DNA from: Candidatus Poribacteria bacterium
GTDB lineage: Bacteria > Poribacteria > WGA-4E > WGA-3G
DNA: 64,000 nt
NCBI GenBank assembly: GCA_963663765.2
Contig: CAXXUA010000005.1
Location: 1,568,001 to 1,632,000, forward strand
Direction: 5' to 3'
In this document: positions 9,905 through 20,842 of the stretch, in pieces
Numbering within the stretch: position 1 is the stretch's first letter
How the letters are laid out: every line of letters begins with the position of its first letter
Program-made: the position numbers and the translations under genes
The notes under the pieces: generated by a model
What the model was told of the DNA's origin: nothing
What the model saw: the letters and a program-made list of their open reading frames with translations, nothing else
The model's database searches: none

Positions 9905-11521
9905 ATGCAAGAAAAACAACAAATTGGTTGGAAAGCCGAGAGTAGAACGGGTGTCGTTGCTGCAGGTGATGCAAAATCAGTCGCTGCAGGGATTGAGATT
10001 TTGGAAGCAGGTGGCAATGCTGCAGACTCAGCAGCAGCAACCATCCTTGCGCTAAATGTTACAGACCATGGACAGTGTTCAATCGGTGGAGAGGTACCGC
10101 TCCTCATTTATGACGTAGAAAAGCAGGAAGTTAAATCACTTTCTGGACAAGGACGTGCCCCGCTATCTCAAGATGCGATTGATTGGTATATGGAAAATGG
10201 AATTCCAAACTATGATGTCAAAATGGCACCAGTGCCATCAGTTGTTGACCTATGTACAACTACGCTCATACAGTATGGAACAATGACTTATGAGGATATT
10301 GTCGCACCCACATTGGCATTGCTTGATGCGGGTAATGCCGAATGGCATCCGAAATTAGCAATAACCCTTAGAAAAATGGTTGAGGAGGAACGGAAAACAT
10401 CTGGTAGTCGTAAAGAAAAAGTACAAGCAGCAAGCAATAGATTCTACGGACGGAACGATATTTGTAGCGATATTGCCGATGAATTAGAAGCGTTTTACAT
10501 TGAGAATGACGGGTTTCTTCGTAAGAATGATCTTGCTGCACATTTCACCCCTATTGAAGATCCTGTGACTATTGAGTATCAAGGATATACGGTCTGCAAG
10601 TGTGGTCCGTGGACTCAAGGACCTTATCTATGTCAAGCATTGCGTCTATTGGAAGGCTTTGATCTCAAAGCGATGGGACAATTCTCAGTAGAATATGTAC
10701 ATGTTGTTACTGAAGCACTCAAGTTAGCAATGGCTGACAGGGATGAATACTACGCGGATCCTGATTTTGTAGATGTTCCAATGGATGCGTTGCTTTCCGA
10801 TCCGTATACTGAGATTCGTCGTCCGTTGATTGATATGAATAATGCATCGCTTAAAGCGCAACCGGGTGATGTAGAAAATATGAAACCACTAAAAGCAGAA
10901 GGAGTGTTTCGACCCAGTATTGGTGGTACAACAACTTGTGTCGTGGCAGACAGATGGGGAAATGTCGTCGCTGCTACACCGAGTGCAAATGTCTATCATG
11001 CAGGTGGTACTGGCACAACAGGTGTCAGCTATGGTAATCGTTTGCGTAGCCTTAATACAACTCCCGGACATCCAAACTGCATTGAACCCGGCAAACGTCC
11101 GAGAATAACACTGACACCCACACTGGTTCTTAAGGACGGTGCTCCCATATTAGCAATAAGCGTTGCTGGTGGAGACTTACAGGACCAAGTGACAATGAAC
11201 TTACTGCTCAATTTCGTTGAGTTTGGAATGCAGCCTGAAGCTGCAGTCACCGCACCACGTTTTGCTACTGCACATCACCAAGACTCATTTGACCCAAATC
11301 CATTCCGAGAACAAGCGTTTAAGGAAGCAGGTTCATTGACAATAAATGATAGTATCAGTCCTGAAACTCAGAAGGAACTTGTTAAGCGTGGACATAAGGT
11401 TCATGCACAATCCAATCCAATTGGAGTCCCTGTAATGCTATCCATTGACCAAGACAGTGGTAAGTTTTATGCTGCTGGCGATCCCGCTGCTGGTAGGCAT
11501 GCTGCAGGTTTAGATGCATAA
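9905..11521 (+). CDS. ggt: Gamma-glutamyltransferase family (Ntn hydrolase)
   Basis: AGGNAADSAAA, GGTTTCVVADRWGN (nucleophile Thr), PGKRPRITLTP. Confidence 0.88.
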   Translation: MQEKQQIGWKAESRTGVVAAGDAKSVAAGIEILEAGGNAADSAAATILALNVTDHGQCSIGGEVPLLIYDVEKQEVKSLSGQGRAPLSQDAIDWYMENGIPNYDVKMAPVPSVVDLCTTTLIQYGTMTYEDIVAPTLALLDAGNAEWHPKLAITLRKMVEEERKTSGSRKEKVQAASNRFYGRNDICSDIADELEAFYIENDGFLRKNDLAAHFTPIEDPVTIEYQGYTVCKCGPWTQGPYLCQALRLLEGFDLKAMGQFSVEYVHVVTEALKLAMADRDEYYADPDFVDVPMDALLSDPYTEIRRPLIDMNNASLKAQPGDVENMKPLKAEGVFRPSIGGTTTCVVADRWGNVVAATPSANVYHAGGTGTTGVSYGNRLRSLNTTPGHPNCIEPGKRPRITLTPTLVLKDGAPILAISVAGGDLQDQVTMNLLLNFVEFGMQPEAAVTAPRFATAHHQDSFDPNPFREQAFKEAGSLTINDSISPETQKELVKRGHKVHAQSNPIGVPVMLSIDQDSGKFYAAGDPAAGRHAAGLDA

Positions 11522-11532
11522 TACTGAATTAA

Positions 11533-11808
11533 TCATCCCACAAAATAATGTATTTTTTTTCCAATAGCGTTTGCATATTTTGCCAATGTAGAAAGAGTAA
11601 CTTTTTCTGCTTGGTTTTCTATTCTTGAAATAGCAGATTTTTTGGTATTTAACTTTCGTGCCATTTCTTCTTGGGTCAAACCTGCTTCTTCCCTTGCATG
11701 TTTGAGAAGAACACCGAGTTTAAATTCCATGTACCCCTTTTCGTAATTCTCAGCAAACTCAGGATCTCTCGCTTTACGCTTTTCTATGTAATGTTTTAAA
11801 TCACTCAA
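11533..11808 (-). CDS. XRE-family HTH antitoxin (HigA-like)
   Basis: [28 protein letters not shown]; overlaps the upstream toxin by 4 bp. Confidence 0.85.
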   Translation of the reverse strand: MSDLKHYIEKRKARDPEFAENYEKGYMEFKLGVLLKHAREEAGLTQEEMARKLNTKKSAISRIENQAEKVTLSTLAKYANAIGKKIHYFVG

Positions 11809-12164
11809 TGTATTTTCCTCCGAAAATAATCACGTTTTCTTTTTTCTGCTAACTGAATATCGGACTTTGGAATTTTCCGTGTTTGCTTAGAAAAAGCATG
11901 ATTTAGAACAACTAAATTCGGTCCATCAAAAAAAGAAAGAATTCTGAAACTATCCCTACCAATTTTAACTCTTATCTCCCATATATCATCGGTATCAACG
12001 AGTTTTTTGAAGTACTGCTTAGGAACTACGTCTAATTCTTCAATCAAACCTAATGTCCAAGTAATTTTTGCACTTTGTCTTGCAGTTAGGGAATCCAAGA
12101 ATTGCTCAATTGGACAATTTCCTGATGCAGTTCTATAAAAAGTAACTTCTCTCATATTTGACAA
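11805..12164 (-). CDS. RelE/ParE-family toxin (HigB / Gp49-like)
   Basis: [38 protein letters not shown]; toxin-first order. Confidence 0.85.
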   Translation of the reverse strand: MSNMREVTFYRTASGNCPIEQFLDSLTARQSAKITWTLGLIEELDVVPKQYFKKLVDTDDIWEIRVKIGRDSFRILSFFDGPNLVVLNHAFSKQTRKIPKSDIQLAEKRKRDYFRRKIH

Positions 12165-12270
12165 CTAACATAATTTTACATGAAATGTATTGCTATACCA
12201 ATGTTAATAAACAAAGAAGTCTTTATAGGTCTGCGGCCCATCTAACTGTTTGCCGAATAAGTAATCTGCT

Positions 12271-12603
12271 TTAATAATCAACTTGCTTCCAATCTTCATC
12301 TGGAGGATAAATAACAGAACTTCCACTGCCAGCACCTTTATATTCGTTTTCATCAAACCAATCTTTAACGGTATCTCTCCACTTTATGAAGTGCGGTGTT
12401 TTCAGATGAGCTTTGAATGCATCTTCGTCCACATAGACCTCATATAGCCATATCCGATTCTCATCAGAACCGTCCTGAATTACATCAAATCTCAAACAAC
12501 CGGGTTCATCGCGGACTGAACCTATTGCATCATCTATCATCGCTTCAATAAAATCTTCTCTATGTCCCTCTTTAATTTGAATAGGTGCAATAATTACGTA
12601 CAT
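12271..12603 (-). CDS. Antibiotic biosynthesis monooxygenase (LsrG-like)
   Basis: EPGCLRFDV..LYEVY..AFKAHLKTPHF. Confidence 0.85.
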   Translation of the reverse strand: MYVIIAPIQIKEGHREDFIEAMIDDAIGSVRDEPGCLRFDVIQDGSDENRIWLYEVYVDEDAFKAHLKTPHFIKWRDTVKDWFDENEYKGAGSGSSVIYPPDEDWKQVDY

Positions 12604-12727
12604 CTCATAGTCTCCTTATAAAATATATTGTGACAAAATTCTTTCGCTGTGGTCCGTTTAAAATCATAAGTAGTATAAGGGGTAATCTAACATATTCTAT
12701 TATAGATGTCAACAATACAATTGACGG

Positions 12728-14098
12728 TTAATCCCCCCTTACTCTAAATAGATGCTTTGGTGCTAACACCGTTAACAGAAAGCCACGGGCAATTAAAAGC
12801 AAAGTAAATGCAGCCCAAAGTCCGTGATTACCATACGGATTCAATATAGAGACTAAACCTAAGAAGAGCATCATTGCCACAATCATGGAATTCCGTAAAG
12901 GTTTTGTTGCAGTAGCTCCAAGATAAATACCATCCCAAATATATGCTGCGATATTTACAACGGGCGCGATAATTATCCAAAAAAGATATGGTTTTGTTTC
13001 TTCAATAAGGTTGGGTTTATTAGTAAAAAGACGTAACAACTGATTTCCACATAAAGCGAAAAGTAACATAATTGTGAGACCAAATAGAAATGACCAAAAG
13101 AATATTTGACGAGTCGTTCGCTTAATATTTTTAATATCATTTGCACCTTTATATTTACCAATTAGACTTTCTGCTGCAAATGCAAAGCCATCTATCGCAT
13201 AAGACATTAGGTTGATATACTGGAGCAGGATGGTGTTAATTGCCAAAATTGTATCGCTCATCAAGGCTGATTTTGCTGTAAAATATGCGAAACTAAACAC
13301 AAGACAAAGTGTGCGAATGAAAATGTCACCGCTAATACTCAAAAATAGTTTCAGTTTAGACAACACAAAGATTACGCGAAAATTCCATGTCGTTAGTAGA
13401 TAGCGGTAACGCAAAAGGAATAGTATGCTCGCTACTATCAGACCAATATATTGGGCAATTACAGTTGCAATCGCAACCCCATCCACATTCATACCCAATT
13501 TATTTACAAATATGATATTCAGTATGATGTTGATTAGGTTAACAATAATTGTCAACAGCATCGGGTATTTGGCGTTCTGTAAACCCAGAAAAACGCCATG
13601 GAACGCATGAAGACAGAGCGTAGCAGGTGCAGCATAGATTCGGATATGAAAATATGTGCGTGCAAGGTGTACAACTTCAGAACTTGTCTCAATGAGTAAA
13701 AAACTAACATCAGCAATTACCCACTGAAAAATCAATAGAAGAAAACTGCAAATGACACCGACAGATAAACTTCGTTGTAGCAAGAGTCCACATTCTACGG
13801 AATCGTTTTTACCATAAGCTTGTGCAGCTAATCCGGTTGTCGCCATTCTAATAAAACCGAATCCCCAATAGATAAAACTAAAGATGATACCTCCGATTCC
13901 TACAGCACCAAGATAGTGTTCAGTTTCTAACCGTCCCATCAATGCAGTATCCACCGCGCCAAGAAGTGGGATAGAGAAATTGCTTACAATGTTTGGTATT
14001 GCAAGTCGTATTATCTGTCTATTGATGTTTTGATGTTCTTGCATAAATTTGTATTTCATTGATACATAAAGTCTATCCAATAATTTGTTGAAAAGCAA
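12728..14098 (-). CDS. dinF: MATE family efflux transporter (DinF-like); true start may be downstream
   Basis: LAIPNIVSNFSIPLLGAVDTALMG, FIRMATTGLAAQAYG; about 12 TM segments. Confidence 0.85.
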   Translation of the reverse strand: MLFNKLLDRLYVSMKYKFMQEHQNINRQIIRLAIPNIVSNFSIPLLGAVDTALMGRLETEHYLGAVGIGGIIFSFIYWGFGFIRMATTGLAAQAYGKNDSVECGLLLQRSLSVGVICSFLLLIFQWVIADVSFLLIETSSEVVHLARTYFHIRIYAAPATLCLHAFHGVFLGLQNAKYPMLLTIIVNLINIILNIIFVNKLGMNVDGVAIATVIAQYIGLIVASILFLLRYRYLLTTWNFRVIFVLSKLKLFLSISGDIFIRTLCLVFSFAYFTAKSALMSDTILAINTILLQYINLMSYAIDGFAFAAESLIGKYKGANDIKNIKRTTRQIFFWSFLFGLTIMLLFALCGNQLLRLFTNKPNLIEETKPYLFWIIIAPVVNIAAYIWDGIYLGATATKPLRNSMIVAMMLFLGLVSILNPYGNHGLWAAFTLLLIARGFLLTVLAPKHLFRVRGD

Positions 14099-14235
14099 AT
14101 GATGTTAATTATATTTTTTCTATGAATTCTAATAAATGCATAAAATATAAAAGAAAAATCCTTAGTAACGCAACATAAATATATTCTGTTAATGTGTAAT
14201 CCAATTGGGTTAACCAATTATTTTTCTTTGTAATT

Positions 14236-15138
14236 TTGCACTTAATTTGGTATACTATATTTCTAATGAAAGATTGGTGTTATGGAATTACAGCCAAACT
14301 GACAGGATACTGCATTTCGTTGCTTCCACATTCATTTTCATTGATTCTCGGTGGATGGTTGGGGTTTATTGCATATACGTTTGCAACAACACAAAGACGA
14401 TTTGCCTGTAAACACCTAAGAGAACGATTGGATATTCCTGATGACCGTGAAGTCAAAGCGATTGCGAAAAAATGTTTTGAAAATTTAGGAAAAACCGTTG
14501 TGGAATTTATGCGTTTACCACGTATGATTCCAAAACATATCCATAAGTATGTCAGTATTGAGGGGAGTCACCATATAGAGCAATCCATAGCACAGGGAAA
14601 AGGCACAATCCTAATAACTGGTCATTTTGGTAATTGGGAACTATTAGCAGCATGTATAAGTGCAAAGGTTGCCCCTGTGACACCTATTGTTCGTAAATTA
14701 CGTTCTCCACGTTTAGATGCTATTGTTAGTAGTAATCGGGCAAAAGTTGGATATGCAACTATTGATAGAGATACTGGTGTTAGGAATGCACTCAAATGTC
14801 TAAAAAGAAATGAAGTCCTTGGAATAGTTGCTGATGTAGATACGACAGTGAAAGGTGTCTTTGTTGACTTTTTCGGAATTCCAGCTTACACACCTTACAG
14901 TCCTGTCGCTTTTGCACTTAGAACTGGTGCTAACATACTACCAACTTTTATTATACGGCAACCCGATGGTACACACCGGGTGATAATTGAACCGCCTTTG
15001 GAATTAGAACATTGTGATGATAAAGAACAAGAACTTGTTATCAATACACAAAAATTTACCAAAATCATTGAAGATTATATACGAAAATATCCGGAACAGT
15101 GGATTTGGATGCATGAAAGGTGGAAAACACGTCCTTAA
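14236..15138 (+). CDS. Lipid A late acyltransferase (LpxL/HtrB family)
   Basis: TGHFGNWE, VDFFG, YPEQWIWMHERWK. Confidence 0.88.
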   Translation: MHLIWYTIFLMKDWCYGITAKLTGYCISLLPHSFSLILGGWLGFIAYTFATTQRRFACKHLRERLDIPDDREVKAIAKKCFENLGKTVVEFMRLPRMIPKHIHKYVSIEGSHHIEQSIAQGKGTILITGHFGNWELLAACISAKVAPVTPIVRKLRSPRLDAIVSSNRAKVGYATIDRDTGVRNALKCLKRNEVLGIVADVDTTVKGVFVDFFGIPAYTPYSPVAFALRTGANILPTFIIRQPDGTHRVIIEPPLELEHCDDKEQELVINTQKFTKIIEDYIRKYPEQWIWMHERWKTRP

Positions 15139-15661
15139 AATTGTAGTATTCGGTTGGATTAGTTTGAGTCTTATTACGGGTTGTGAGCGCGAGGATGAAA
15201 AAGAAGCGAAAGATCCCCTACCTGCACAGCAGCTTGAGACTTTTTCAATGCAACACACTGAGGCGGGTGTAAAAAGATGGTATCTTAGTGGAGAATCATC
15301 AGAAATTAGAAAAGATAAGGTAATAGTAAAAAACCCTAAAGTTCAAATATTTGAGGAAGGCAAAATTTCTATCACATTGACAGGAGATAAAGGAGAGTTT
15401 TTCCCAACTGGTAAACAAAAAGATAATTTGTATTTTTATGGTGGAGTGGTTGGTGTCAACGAAAGCGGAACACTGTTCACAGAAGAACTCCATTGGTTAA
15501 ACAAAGAGGGTAACCTCTATTCACCCACTGAAGTTAAGCTCGTGCGAGGAGATTCGACTTGGCATGGTATTGAAATGGTAGCAAATCCTGACCTTGAAAC
15601 CGTAAAAATGTCAAATAATAGATTTAAACTTTATCCAAAAGATGAGGAAACAAATGAATAG
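15113..15661 (+). CDS. lptC: LPS export protein LptC
   Basis: LFTEELHW motif, position before lptA/lptB; start reassigned to ATG 15113. Confidence 0.8.
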   Translation: MKGGKHVLKIVVFGWISLSLITGCEREDEKEAKDPLPAQQLETFSMQHTEAGVKRWYLSGESSEIRKDKVIVKNPKVQIFEEGKISITLTGDKGEFFPTGKQKDNLYFYGGVVGVNESGTLFTEELHWLNKEGNLYSPTEVKLVRGDSTWHGIEMVANPDLETVKMSNNRFKLYPKDEETNE

Positions 15662-16685
15662 TATGAAAATCATCTGTAAGTTGAATGCTGAAATGCATCG
15701 AAAATTACCATACTTCGTTGTGACAATGTTTATATTTCTTAGTACGACCCTCTGTTTAACAGTTCTCCCTGTCTGTGGAGAGGACGCACCTGACTCAGAA
15801 CAAAAAGATGGTGAAACTGTAACGCAAACAGAGGAAAATTCAGAAACAGAGGTTGAAGTAACCGACGACGAAAAAACAACGAAAAGACCGGACAATGAAA
15901 ACACACAAACCGAACCAACCAGAGAAGTTATTATCGGCGACTCAGATTTAATGGATAGAGATCAGAAAAAAGGTATTACGATTTTCACAGGAAATGTAAA
16001 GATAATTAGAAAAAATGAGCAGGAAGAAGAAATCGGATTTCTCAACGCAGATAAAGTAACCCTCAAGAGTGATACGAAAACTGGTGAAACAATTGAAATT
16101 ATAGCCGAAGGTAATGTGGAAATACGAGATCAAGATATATTCGCAACTAGTGACCATGCAACAATGAACAATAAAACGAATATCATTGTTTTGAAAGATA
16201 ACGTCGTGGTTAAACAGAAAGAAGATCATCTTGAAACAAAACTCTTTACCTTCAATAGAACAACCGGTAAACAGACTGGTGTCGGTAACGTTAAATTCAA
16301 GGTTACCGTGACACAAGCAACACCAACTGAGACAGCAGAGGAAGCAGAGGAACCTAGTACAGAAGATACAGAGGATTCTTCAAGTACAAGTGATAAGGAA
16401 TCAGATTCTCCAGATTCAGAAAAAGAAACTGAGAAAAAGCCTAATAGCGAAACTGATGATGGGGATAAAGAAGAAAAATCTAATCCTACGGATGCAGAAA
16501 AAGACGAGAAAGAGTCTGAAAAAGAACAAGATACTGAATCTGCTAAAACAGAGGATGAAACTGAGGTAACTGATACAGAAGAAGAGGATGAGACAACTGA
16601 ACCTGCTGATACTGAAGAAGAAACCGAGACTACTGATACAGAAGAAGAGAGTGAAGACACAGAAAAACCAGAGGAAAAGGAGTAG
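15642..16685 (+). CDS. lptA: LptA/OstA-family protein with long acidic C-terminal tail
   Basis: FTGNVKI, AEGNVEI, GVGNVKF jellyroll motifs; synteny with lptC and lptB. Confidence 0.78.
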   Translation: MRKQMNSMKIICKLNAEMHRKLPYFVVTMFIFLSTTLCLTVLPVCGEDAPDSEQKDGETVTQTEENSETEVEVTDDEKTTKRPDNENTQTEPTREVIIGDSDLMDRDQKKGITIFTGNVKIIRKNEQEEEIGFLNADKVTLKSDTKTGETIEIIAEGNVEIRDQDIFATSDHATMNNKTNIIVLKDNVVVKQKEDHLETKLFTFNRTTGKQTGVGNVKFKVTVTQATPTETAEEAEEPSTEDTEDSSSTSDKESDSPDSEKETEKKPNSETDDGDKEEKSNPTDAEKDEKESEKEQDTESAKTEDETEVTDTEEEDETTEPADTEEETETTDTEEESEDTEKPEEKE

Positions 16686-16791
16686 TTTGGGCAGCAGAAA
16701 TGTTTTATCACGATTGATATAGCAGTATTGTACTGTTCTAAATAATCTTCGTTATCAATCAGTTTTTTGGCAAATATCCAGACAAAATCAA

Positions 16792-17586
16792 ATGGAGAAC
16801 AACAGCAGTAACAACGTGGCAACTGAACTACAAGCACATAATCTCGTGAAAAGATATACACGGCGGGGTCCAATCGTCGTCAATGAAGTAAGTTTATCTG
16901 TTCAACAAGGGGAAATCGTCGGTTTATTGGGACCAAACGGTGCCGGTAAATCCACAACATTCTACATAATGGTTGGATTAATACGTCCAAATTCCGGTAG
17001 GATCGTATATGGCGAAAGCGATATAACCTTTCTACCAATGTACAAAAGGGCGCGTATGGGTATTGGTTATCTTTCTCAGGAATCTTCCATTTTTAGAAAA
17101 CTGACGGTGAAACAGAATATTGAAGCAATTTTAGAAGCACGTGGGATGCCAAAAGATGAGCGTGAGACACGTATCGTTGAATATACAGATGAACTTGGTA
17201 TATCACATCTACTGGATCGCAAAGCGTATACACTATCAGGAGGGGAGTGTCGACGGGCTGAAATTGCCAGAGCATTGGCAGCACAACCTGAATTCATTTT
17301 ATTAGATGAACCACTATCAGGAATTGATCCTATTGCTGTAGCAGACATTAAACAACTCATTTTACATTTACGAAGTAGGAATCTTGGTATCCTCATAACA
17401 GACCATAATGCTGTTGAAACACTTAATATCGTTGATCGTGCTTACCTTATAGCTGATGGTAAAATTACATTAGATGGAACACCAGAAGAACTTATAAACA
17501 GTGAAGTGGCAAGGGAACTTTATTTCGGAAAAAACTTTCATTATGTAAAAGTAGGAGAGCAACCGCAAACTAACCCTTCACCATAA
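16792..17586 (+). CDS. lptB: LPS export ABC ATPase
   Basis: GLLGPNGAGKST, LPMYKRARMGIGYL, LSGGECRR, ITDHN. Confidence 0.95.
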   Translation: MENNSSNNVATELQAHNLVKRYTRRGPIVVNEVSLSVQQGEIVGLLGPNGAGKSTTFYIMVGLIRPNSGRIVYGESDITFLPMYKRARMGIGYLSQESSIFRKLTVKQNIEAILEARGMPKDERETRIVEYTDELGISHLLDRKAYTLSGGECRRAEIARALAAQPEFILLDEPLSGIDPIAVADIKQLILHLRSRNLGILITDHNAVETLNIVDRAYLIADGKITLDGTPEELINSEVARELYFGKNFHYVKVGEQPQTNPSP

Positions 17587-17667
17587 TATTGCTTGAACCT
17601 CAGAAAAATGGTGTATTTCACGCATACACCCTAATGTTCAAATTGCGATGTATTGGAGTGCCGCGTG

Positions 17668-19491
17668 ATGAAGATCCAACCGAGACTTTCACAAACTCAG
17701 TTACAACAACAGAAAATTGTCATGACACCGAAGTTGCAACAAGCGATTAAGGTGCTGATGATGCCGCAACTTGAACTAAGGCAGTTTATTGAACAAGAGC
17801 TAAACCAGAACCCACTTTTGGATATTAACGAAGAGAATGAAACTGCTTTATCTATGGAAGAATATGATCCAAGATTTGAATGTAACCAGCCTGAGGAGAA
17901 TATTGATAGGGAAGATACCGCTGTTGATATTGATTGGAATTCAGTTATTGACGATATGCGGGTACCGACTTCAAAAGAACTTGTTCAAACCGATGATAGT
18001 GATGCTCCCGAACCTGATGTTGCTGAAGCACAATCGTTACAAAGTTATTTATTTCAACAACTTCAGTTAGCACCTTTTACAGAAATAGAACGTTCTATCG
18101 GTGAACAAATTATTGGGAACCTAAATGATGATGGTCAGCTTCAATTAAAACTGTTTTCACTACCGCTAAAATTCGTTTCTGATTTTGAAACGGGTCATTT
18201 ATCTGAAGAATTACAAACAAGTCTATCAAAGAAATTATGTAAGATAGAGAATGATAGCAAATCATCAAAAACAGACAAAGAAAACCGTTGTTTTGAGATT
18301 GTTCAAATAGAATCTTCTCAAAAGGCTATAGTTTCTAATTCTGGTGCGAAAATTTGGTATATCGTTGACAAAACAGACAAAGAAGACCTTGACAATAAAA
18401 ACAAGAAAATATATACAGTTGTTTGTGAAGATAACGATTTATCCTTATTCGAACTTACCATAGAAGACATTGCGATTAGCCAAAATTGTTCGGTTGCAGA
18501 AGTAGAAAAAGTACTGCAAACAATACAAGATACTTTTGAACCAACTGGTATTGCTTACCGTGATCTAAAGGAAACACTCAGCATTCAGATTCGAAACCAA
18601 AGATTTCAGCAATTTCAACAAAACGGTACATCCTTAAATGGAAGTGAAGCACCATTGGCATTAGCAAAACGTATTATTGATGACCATTTAGATGACCTAC
18701 TAAATAGTAGAATTTCAACGTTGTCCGAAGACCTTGAAGTAGACAAGGACGAGATTATAAAGGCATCGCAATGGATAGGGACACTTTCACCATATCCTGG
18801 TCGTTATTTCTCTGATCCTACCGTGAAAGATTTAGTCAAATCACCTGAAACTATACAAGGAATCGTACCAGATATTCAAATTATGGAGATTGACGGTGAA
18901 TATCAGATCGTTCCGATGGACAATTATATTCCACGTTTACGCATGAACCCAGAATATATAAACTTAATGCGAGATAATAGTAATTTAGACCATGACGCAA
19001 AAATGTGGATTCAACAGAAATATAACGATGCTATGGATGTTCTGAACAGTATTGTTCAACGTGGACGTACTATTGAACGGGTCACAGAAGCAATATTTAA
19101 AGTACAATCCGATTTTCTAAAACACGGTACACAAAGTATAAAACCATTGACACTGAAAACTATTGCAGATATGGCAGGTGTTCATGAATCGACGGTGAGT
19201 CGCGTAACAAGTAAAAAGTATGTTCAAACACCGAACGGTACATACCCACTGAAATTCTTTTTTAGTAATCAATTAGCAACAACACATGGCAATTCAGTGT
19301 CTTCTGAACATGTGAAATCTGAAATAAGAGATATGATTAGAAAAGAAGACCGAGCAAAACCATTAAGCGATCAAACCATAAGTACATCATTGAAAAAACA
19401 AGGTGTCATAGTTGCCAGACGGACTGTTCAAAAATATCGGGAAGAACTTGGCATACTATCTTCACGGCAAAGAAAAAACCTTGAAAAGTAA
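17668..19491 (+). CDS. rpoN: RNA polymerase sigma-54 factor with an internal insertion
   Basis: MTPKLQQAIKVL, VHESTVSR, RpoN box ARRTVQKYR. Confidence 0.95.
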   Translation: MKIQPRLSQTQLQQQKIVMTPKLQQAIKVLMMPQLELRQFIEQELNQNPLLDINEENETALSMEEYDPRFECNQPEENIDREDTAVDIDWNSVIDDMRVPTSKELVQTDDSDAPEPDVAEAQSLQSYLFQQLQLAPFTEIERSIGEQIIGNLNDDGQLQLKLFSLPLKFVSDFETGHLSEELQTSLSKKLCKIENDSKSSKTDKENRCFEIVQIESSQKAIVSNSGAKIWYIVDKTDKEDLDNKNKKIYTVVCEDNDLSLFELTIEDIAISQNCSVAEVEKVLQTIQDTFEPTGIAYRDLKETLSIQIRNQRFQQFQQNGTSLNGSEAPLALAKRIIDDHLDDLLNSRISTLSEDLEVDKDEIIKASQWIGTLSPYPGRYFSDPTVKDLVKSPETIQGIVPDIQIMEIDGEYQIVPMDNYIPRLRMNPEYINLMRDNSNLDHDAKMWIQQKYNDAMDVLNSIVQRGRTIERVTEAIFKVQSDFLKHGTQSIKPLTLKTIADMAGVHESTVSRVTSKKYVQTPNGTYPLKFFFSNQLATTHGNSVSSEHVKSEIRDMIRKEDRAKPLSDQTISTSLKKQGVIVARRTVQKYREELGILSSRQRKNLEK

Positions 19492-19507
19492 TACTATGGT
19501 AAATTAT

Positions 19508-19746
19508 GGAATTAATTACACACTTGCACAGGTAGGAGCGACCACTGAGTCGCGATCGTCCCCTGCGTGGGTAGGAGCGACCTCCTGGTCGCGACTGTCC
19601 CCTGCGTGGGTAGGAAGGGGCGACCTCCTGGTCGCGACTGTCCCCTGCGTGGGTAGGAGCGACCTCTTGGTCGCGACTGTTTTGATACATGGTCTCCATA
19701 CGGTCGTGACCAGGAGGTCGCTCCTACCTGTTGTGTATAATTATCT
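19508..19746. repeat. REP cluster: 4 direct GTAGGAGCGACC..GGTCGCGA copies plus one inverted copy inside an AT-rich inverted-repeat shell
   Basis: About 39-bp period units; flanks AATTACAC / GTGTATAATT. Confidence 0.8.
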
Positions 19747-19845
19747 TCAAACTTCACCATAGTCAATGTCATTTTGCTTTTTGATTGCAATAATTTCCGT
19801 TGAAAACTTTCAATCTTTATACATATATCTTCTGGAGGGAATACT

Positions 19846-20403
19846 ATGAAAATTACATATTCAGGTCAACATCTCAAAATTACAGATGATATTCACGACT
19901 ATATCCTTAAACGTGCAGAGAAGATAGAATCTCGGTTTGGAGATATGCAAGAGTTTAATGTTATTCTGAAATCGGAAAAGCATCGTTTTGAAGCAGAGGT
20001 AAAAGTTACAGCACCACGAGTTTCATTTTATGCAAAGAACGAGACTCATGATCTGATGAGTGCGTTAGATGGAGCTGCCGACAAAGTCATCAAACAGATT
20101 CGTCGATACAAAGAACGCGTCAAAGACAGACGTCATAATGCACCGCATCGTGAAGTTGTAGCACAATTAAACCCAGAAATGTTAGAAACTCCAGTAGAAA
20201 CGGATACGTCTGATGCACCGATGATAGTACCTGCATCCGAGAAATTTGCCGCAAAACCATTGACGGTAGGTGAAGCTGCGACTGAACTTCATTCCTCTGG
20301 TGAATCATTATTGATGTTTCTTAACTCTGAAACGCGACAGGTCAACTTACTTTACCAATCAGACAATGGTGCTTTTGGATGGGTTGAACCCTCATTTACG
20401 TAA
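19846..20403 (+). CDS. hpf: Ribosome hibernation promoting factor (long HPF)
   Basis: Follows rpoN; DLMSALDGAADKVIKQIRRYKER, C-terminal KPLTVGEA domain. Confidence 0.9.
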   Translation: MKITYSGQHLKITDDIHDYILKRAEKIESRFGDMQEFNVILKSEKHRFEAEVKVTAPRVSFYAKNETHDLMSALDGAADKVIKQIRRYKERVKDRRHNAPHREVVAQLNPEMLETPVETDTSDAPMIVPASEKFAAKPLTVGEAATELHSSGESLLMFLNSETRQVNLLYQSDNGAFGWVEPSFT

Positions 20404-20581
20404 AGTTATTTTGTGAATTATTCATACAATTAGATGTCTCATTTGTAGGAGCGATCTCCGATTTACTGCAAAATACTGCAATAGCCAGGAATCGGAGTTC
20501 CCTCCTACATTACAAAGATCTATAATTAATCCTATAATGCAACAAAACATTCAAATAACGAACAATTTTCTTTCACATTAG

Positions 20582-20817
20582 CAGGACTTACGCAACCAAT
20601 GGTAGGCGTGCTTTGTAAGCGCGCCGGAAACCTGAAAAGTGCTGAAAATTACATCGTTTTCGTCTTAATGCTTCATCAAATCATGAAAACTGCAGCAGGA
20701 CTTACGCAACCAATGGTAGGCGTGCTTTGTAAGCGCGCCGGAAACCTGAAAAGTGCTGAAAATTACATCGTTTTCGTCTTAATTCTTCATCAAATCATGA
20801 AAACTGCGTAAATTCTG
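20582..20817. mobile_element. CAGGACTTACGCA-ended MITE with internal 114-bp tandem duplication and REP cargo
   Basis: Copies start at 20581 and 20695; right end TGCGTAAATTCTG; relatives at 47253 and 56911. Confidence 0.7.
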
Positions 20818-20842
20818 ATTTGATTTCCTATCAGGTAAGAAT

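Noticed and set aside
11533-12164. Prophage (Gp49-like gene)
   Set aside because: Ordinary toxin-first HigBA-type pair with no phage genes nearby
16226-16873. Ser-rich 215-aa ORF
   Set aside because: Antisense shadow of the acidic LptA tail
19508-19746. CRISPR array, or the ORFs 19406-19699, 19412-19762 and 19512-19790
   Set aside because: Identical linkers and a REP structure; the ORFs are translations of the repeat
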